Source of the DNA: Planctomycetota bacterium
GTDB taxonomy: Bacteria > Planctomycetota > GCA-002687715 > DRQF01
Reading direction: 5' to 3'
Length of the DNA stretch: 10,725 nucleotides
Assembly (NCBI GenBank): GCA_027001995.1
Contig: JALTLO010000098.1
Location: 1-10,725 of the forward strand
Shown: piece after piece, positions 6,386-10,725 of the stretch
Numbering within the stretch: the first letter of the stretch is position 1
How the letters are laid out: the number at the start of each line of letters is the position of its first letter
Program-made: the position numbers and the translations under genes
Notes under the pieces: model-generated
What the model was told of the DNA's origin: nothing
What the model saw: the letters and a program-made list of their open reading frames with translations, nothing else
The model's database searches: none

Positions 6386-8593
6386 ATGGCTGAAGAAATC
6401 CAAACCATTGACGGAGAGGTGCGTCGCGTTCTTTACAAGAACGAAGACAACGGCTTTGCAGTGGTACGCATAGAACAAGATGATGGCAAGACGATCACCG
6501 CCGCAGGCCCCCTCGGCACTGTCTTCGAGGATGATAACCTGAGCCTTAAAGGTTCTTTTCTCAGCCACGCCAAATTTGGCCGCCAATTCAAGGTAGCCAG
6601 CTACACCCGATTAGATCCCACAACCATCCGGGGCATCGAGCGCTACCTGAGTGGCCCTCGGGTGAAGGGTGTTGGTCCGGAATTAGCCAAGAGACTGGTC
6701 ACAGCTTTTGGCATCAAGACATTGGAAATTCTCGACCAATCACCCGAGCGTCTACTGGAAGTTGAGGGTATTGGTCCCAAACGGGCAGAGCAGATTACCA
6801 AAGACTGGTCCGCCGAGAGTGATCGGCGCGATCTTCTGGTTTTCCTCCAAGGCCACGGACTAGGCCCGGGGATCTCCATGAGAATTGACAATTCCCTGGG
6901 TGCCGGGGCCCTATCCCGCGTCCAAAAAAATCCCTTCCTCATCGTCGAAAAAGTCCACGGCGTTGGCTTTCGTACCGCCGACCAGATGGCTCAATCCATG
7001 GGACATCAACCCACAAGCCCCTTGCGTCTTCGAGCAGGAATTCTTTATCTGCTTGAAGATGCCTTGACAAAAGGATCTCTCTGTGTCCCTGGGGACGCCC
7101 TCTTAGAGAGTGCATCTCTACTCATGGATGTAGAAGCCCAACTCCTGCGCCCAATTCTCAAACACCTTGTTGAAACCCAAGACATCACGATCGCTCGACC
7201 AAGTTGCCAAACCGAATCGATAAACAACGACTCTTTCAAAGTCTATGCTCGCTTCGCCTGGTTAGCTGAACAAGAAGCAGCTTCGCTCCTACGGGGCCGC
7301 ATCCAAGCAATCGACCAATCGCCACCAACTGAAATTCCCACCCCTGCCAACCACCCAGACTTAAGTCACCTTTCAGAAGAACAAAACGAAGGAGTAAGAA
7401 GACTGGAGCACGCCCCTCTCAGTGTCTTGACCGGTGGCCCTGGCGTTGGCAAGACCACAGTTATGCGTTCCTTAGTCTCCCTTTGGCTGCGGGCCAATAA
7501 GAAGGTCATCTTGGCTTGCCCCACTGGACGGGCTGCCAAACGACTGGAAGAAGTATCCAAGATCCCGGCCTCGACAATCCATCGGATGCTCAAGTTCAAT
7601 GGACAAAGACGCGAGTTCGCCCACAATTTAGATTTCCCCGTGGCAGCGGATGTGATCGTGATCGACGAAGTATCTATGATGGACCTCCCCCTCTTTCTCA
7701 ATCTGCTCAGAGCTGTCAAACCGGAGACCCAGCTGATCTTGGTAGGTGATCCCGATCAGCTGCCATCCGTGGGGCCAGGACAAGTTCTCAAGGACATGGT
7801 TGAATCCGCAGTTGTTCCAGTGGTTCGCTTAACTCAAGTTTTTCGACAAGCTGGGGGCAGCGCCATCGTTCGCTTAGCTCATGCCATTTTAGGCGGCGAA
7901 ATGTTTGACATTGACCAAGATGGCGGCAACGAGATTCAGTGGATTGAAACACCAGATCCTCAAGTTGGGGCAGACAAAATACAAGAATTGGTCACCCAAA
8001 TTTTGCCCACTCGCCCCGGGGTTTCCAGCCACAAGGACGTCCAAGTCTTGAGCCCCATGCACAAGGGGCCGGTGGGAACAAACGAGCTTAACCGGGTCAT
8101 CGCCGCAGGACTTGGAGAGGAACGCCCAGCCCTGGAATTTGGTGACAAAGTCTTCCGGGTTGGAGATCGTGTCATGCAAATTCGTAATGACTACGACCGT
8201 GACCTGTTCAATGGCGATCAAGGATGGATTGTGAGCATCGACGGGCCCAGTTTCTCCATGTCGGTGGAGTTTGATGGAAGACTCGTCGAATTCGAAAGAA
8301 GCCAACTGTCAAATCTCCAAGTGGCATGGGCTATCTCCGTTCACAAGTCCCAAGGAGGCGAGTACCCAGCGGTCGTTTTGGCCCTGTTTAACCAGCATTG
8401 GATGATGCTTCAAAGACAAATCCTCTATACAGCAATCACCCGTGCACGGTCCTGCTTAGTCATTGTCGGTTCACAGAGCGCTCTTCAAAAAGCAGTTTCC
8501 AATTTTGGCACTCAGAGTCGTTTCTCCCACTTCAAAGACTGGATCCAGGGCAGAAATCCTGAAATCTGGCGGCCGCGGCAAGAATCACTATGA
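6386..8593 (+). CDS. recD2: ATP-dependent RecD-like DNA helicase (SF1B, RecD2)
   Basis: N-terminal GEVRRVLYKNEDNGFAV..HAKFGRQF domain, HhH motifs (VKGVGP, VEGIGP, VHGVGF), Walker A GGPGVGKTT, PTGRAAKRL, TIHRML, Walker B IDEVSM, GDPDQLPSVGPG, FRQ, SVHKSQGGEY, LYTAITRAR. Start at ATG 6386 fits the usual N-terminus better than 6323. Confidence 0.96.
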   Translation: MAEEIQTIDGEVRRVLYKNEDNGFAVVRIEQDDGKTITAAGPLGTVFEDDNLSLKGSFLSHAKFGRQFKVASYTRLDPTTIRGIERYLSGPRVKGVGPELAKRLVTAFGIKTLEILDQSPERLLEVEGIGPKRAEQITKDWSAESDRRDLLVFLQGHGLGPGISMRIDNSLGAGALSRVQKNPFLIVEKVHGVGFRTADQMAQSMGHQPTSPLRLRAGILYLLEDALTKGSLCVPGDALLESASLLMDVEAQLLRPILKHLVETQDITIARPSCQTESINNDSFKVYARFAWLAEQEAASLLRGRIQAIDQSPPTEIPTPANHPDLSHLSEEQNEGVRRLEHAPLSVLTGGPGVGKTTVMRSLVSLWLRANKKVILACPTGRAAKRLEEVSKIPASTIHRMLKFNGQRREFAHNLDFPVAADVIVIDEVSMMDLPLFLNLLRAVKPETQLILVGDPDQLPSVGPGQVLKDMVESAVVPVVRLTQVFRQAGGSAIVRLAHAILGGEMFDIDQDGGNEIQWIETPDPQVGADKIQELVTQILPTRPGVSSHKDVQVLSPMHKGPVGTNELNRVIAAGLGEERPALEFGDKVFRVGDRVMQIRNDYDRDLFNGDQGWIVSIDGPSFSMSVEFDGRLVEFERSQLSNLQVAWAISVHKSQGGEYPAVVLALFNQHWMMLQRQILYTAITRARSCLVIVGSQSALQKAVSNFGTQSRFSHFKDWIQGRNPEIWRPRQESL

Positions 8594-8623
8594 TCGACCC
8601 ATCAACTGATTGGGAAAATCGAA

Positions 8624-9751
8624 ATGAAATCAACATACCCGTTGCTCCTCATGGTTCTGCTCTTCGTTAATCCCCACACAGCTGGGCAAGAGCGCAGTTC
8701 CTTGGGATCGAAAGCCAAAAGCCAACTCAAGAAACAACTCACCAAACTCGCCCGCGCTAAAAAAGAAGAGGCACAAGAGAAGGCCACGAAAGAAATTCTT
8801 CGATTTGGCAAACACGGAGTCACCTTCCTTTCTTCCTTGACACTCAAAGAAAAACAGCAAGCCGCACTCAACAAGCTCAAGGAAACCTCAGATCACATCC
8901 TTGGCTTAGACATAATCAAGAAAGGAGGCAGCGTTAAAGAAGACATTTGGGCCTGTTCCTATCTTTCTTTTGGTGAAATTGTCCTTCTCAAAGAGGGCGA
9001 TACCTTTGCCGGATTCCAGATCCACGAAACCCCCGACGCCGCCAGTGGTACCCTCACCTATTCTTGGTGGGGGCAAACCGGCCCAGCCAAGAAACTCAAT
9101 CAAGGTGGAGGCCGATCTGGCCTCAAACTCAACGTTGGCGGCAAGAAAGCCACAATTCCAATCAAGAAAAACGCTGGCTACGATGAATATGAGTACACCT
9201 TCAAAGTCGACAAATTTGAAGTCACGGTTCGCTTCATTGGACCAGCCTATTTCTTGTACAAGAAAAAGGGGTCTTCCCCCTTCTCTTTTACTGGAGGATC
9301 CAAGGCGGCAAAATATTCCAGTAGTGACAAGAACGCAGTATACGTCAACGAAAAAAAGAGCGCTTTGAGTCGCCTGTCCAAGCAACTCCCAGACTACGTT
9401 TTTCGGACTGTTCCAGGAGCTGAGCCCCTCAATATCGACCAGGAAGATCAAGGCGCCTTTGCTCAATACGAGTCGGTTCAAGTCCGCATGCGCCGGACCC
9501 GTCTGACCTCAGAGCTCATCATTCTGATCCGCTTCACAGAACCTGAAGCCATTTCCTTCGAAAATTATATGCAGGATTTCTTGGCCAACTTCATTCGCGA
9601 GTTCGCTCCAATCAAGACCAGCAACATCCTGATCGCAAGGGGCTCAGCACCTTCCTACGAAGCCAATCAGTATTGGAGAAAGGGCAAATGGATCGCTACG
9701 AATGGCCCTCTCAAGAAGTTCCTTCGGCAAAACTTTCCAGAAGATTATTAA
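8624..9751 (+). CDS. Hypothetical secreted Lys-rich protein, 375 aa
   Basis: Long ORF 30 nt after recD2 on the same strand. Signal peptide MKSTYPLLLMVLLFVNPHTAG-Q, then a helical HEAT-like segment (QLTKL..AQEKATKEILRFGKHGVTFL) and a beta-rich remainder I cannot assign. Confidence 0.8.
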   Translation: MKSTYPLLLMVLLFVNPHTAGQERSSLGSKAKSQLKKQLTKLARAKKEEAQEKATKEILRFGKHGVTFLSSLTLKEKQQAALNKLKETSDHILGLDIIKKGGSVKEDIWACSYLSFGEIVLLKEGDTFAGFQIHETPDAASGTLTYSWWGQTGPAKKLNQGGGRSGLKLNVGGKKATIPIKKNAGYDEYEYTFKVDKFEVTVRFIGPAYFLYKKKGSSPFSFTGGSKAAKYSSSDKNAVYVNEKKSALSRLSKQLPDYVFRTVPGAEPLNIDQEDQGAFAQYESVQVRMRRTRLTSELIILIRFTEPEAISFENYMQDFLANFIREFAPIKTSNILIARGSAPSYEANQYWRKGKWIATNGPLKKFLRQNFPEDY

Positions 9752-9805
9752 GCTCTGCTTGTTTCTTGCCACGAGGATTCTCTTGAGAGTTTCAGGCTCA
9801 ATCGA

Positions 9806-10633
9806 TCAACCATCGTCTGAGCCATAGTTGAGGTCATAATTCCGGAATCTGATAATTGAGTAGCTGGCCAACAAGCCGAATACAAGAAACAAGATGGCCC
9901 CAGAGTTCCAGGGGTCGGTGTCGGGGAGAATAATTCTCGCCTCTTGGGCAACCACAGATTCACTGCTTGTATATCCGTCGGGAAGCAAACGTTGCAGATG
10001 CGTGCTCATGGCTAAGTTTGAAATTGGCCCAGGAATGAAAGGTAAAATGAATTCCACGATGACAATATAAATAAGGCCAGCAAAAACGGGTTTCTTCAAT
10101 CTTAGACTCAGAAAAATGCTGAAAACAACATAAACAGCAGCCCCCAGAGCTGTGACCACTATGAACTTGGCCAACCGCTGCCAGAAGTCACTTTCGAAAA
10201 GAAGAGCTATATCTCCCCGCCAAGCAACGACGAAATGGCATGCGAAGGCAGAAAAACTGAGGACGAAAGCTGTCGTCAACCATGCGCCCAAGAATTTCCC
10301 CAGAAGCACTTGCTCCCGAGGAATTGGGCGCATCAAAATGTACCCTAAGGTTTTTTGGTCGACTTCTTCTCCGATAGCCCCGGCGCCGTGAAAAAGACCA
10401 ATCAAAGGTAAGAGTAACCCGAGAAAGACCAAAGGAGCCATGATGGCGAATCCTTCTTCCGGCGAGTTACTTTCGGTCTTCATCACCACAGAGATGAATA
10501 GGGGAACACCCAAAAGAATAAAAAGAAAGACGATTCGCTTGCCTCTTAACAGGGCATTCAACTGCATAACTGCCAGCAAATAGACCGACGTCACAAACCG
10601 TGGGGGATCCGGAGTCTCTTCTTGCTCAGACAT
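9806..10633 (-). CDS. ABC-2 type transporter permease
   Basis: About six hydrophobic segments and the motif GAGAIGEEVDQKTLGYILMRPIPREQVLLGKFLG (E-x3-T-x5-RP-x2-R-x5-GK). ATG 10633 has GGGAGG 6 nt upstream and overlaps the upstream stop (TGATG). Confidence 0.92.
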   Translation of the reverse strand: MSEQEETPDPPRFVTSVYLLAVMQLNALLRGKRIVFLFILLGVPLFISVVMKTESNSPEEGFAIMAPLVFLGLLLPLIGLFHGAGAIGEEVDQKTLGYILMRPIPREQVLLGKFLGAWLTTAFVLSFSAFACHFVVAWRGDIALLFESDFWQRLAKFIVVTALGAAVYVVFSIFLSLRLKKPVFAGLIYIVIVEFILPFIPGPISNLAMSTHLQRLLPDGYTSSESVVAQEARIILPDTDPWNSGAILFLVFGLLASYSIIRFRNYDLNYGSDDG

Positions 10634-10725
10634 CAAAGACCTCCCATCTTCTCAGAGTCACTCAAGAGATATTCGAACACAGCTTCTAAGTTGTCATCTG
10701 GTGAGGAGATTTCGTTCACCTGCAG
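10633..10725 (-). CDS. C-terminal end of a probable ABC transporter ATP-binding protein (partial)
   Basis: Minus frame from the edge reads LQVNEISSPDDNLEAVFEYLLSDSEKMGGL-stop. The LExVF tail is typical of ABC-2 exporter ATPases, and its TGA overlaps the permease ATG. Confidence 0.75.
   Translation of the reverse strand: MQVNEISSPDDNLEAVFEYLLSDSEKMGGL

Noticed and set aside
6386..8593. Helicase as part of a defence island or mobile element (TraA or Dda-like)
   Set aside because: Canonical chromosomal RecD2 architecture, with no nuclease, relaxase, integrase or terminal repeats nearby.
8906..9481. 191 aa antisense ORF within the Lys-rich gene
   Set aside because: Its Phe/Leu richness mirrors the Lys/Glu codons of the sense gene; no independent evidence.
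9752..9805. Short inverted repeats (CTCT-TG-AGAG, TTGAG..CTCAA) between convergent genes as a bidirectional terminator
   Set aside because: Stems of only 4-5 bp and no flanking U tracts.

Overview
A gene-dense bacterial chromosomal window with no mobile element, CRISPR array, rRNA or tRNA that I can support. Left to right: the 5' part of a membrane-anchored carboxypeptidase-regulatory-like repeat protein (-, runs off the left edge, absent from the ORF track); an NhaC-family transporter with an extra secreted N-terminal domain (-); a ~210 bp divergent intergenic region rich in inverted repeats; a secreted M28-peptidase-fold protein whose metal/catalytic residues are degenerate (+), coupled by a GTGA overlap to a 106 aa hypothetical (+); a stand-alone PilZ protein behind a sigma28-like promoter (+); a GT4 glycosyltransferase (-); a RecD2-like helicase (+); a secreted Lys-rich hypothetical (+); an ABC-2 permease (-) and the last 30 codons of its probable ATPase (-). 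The protein types suggest a Planctomycetota-like organism (inference only). The best leads are (1) a candidate two-state structured leader upstream of the NhaC gene and (2) the M28 pseudo-peptidase and its coupled small ORF. All structure and family calls were made by eye, without folding or database searches.
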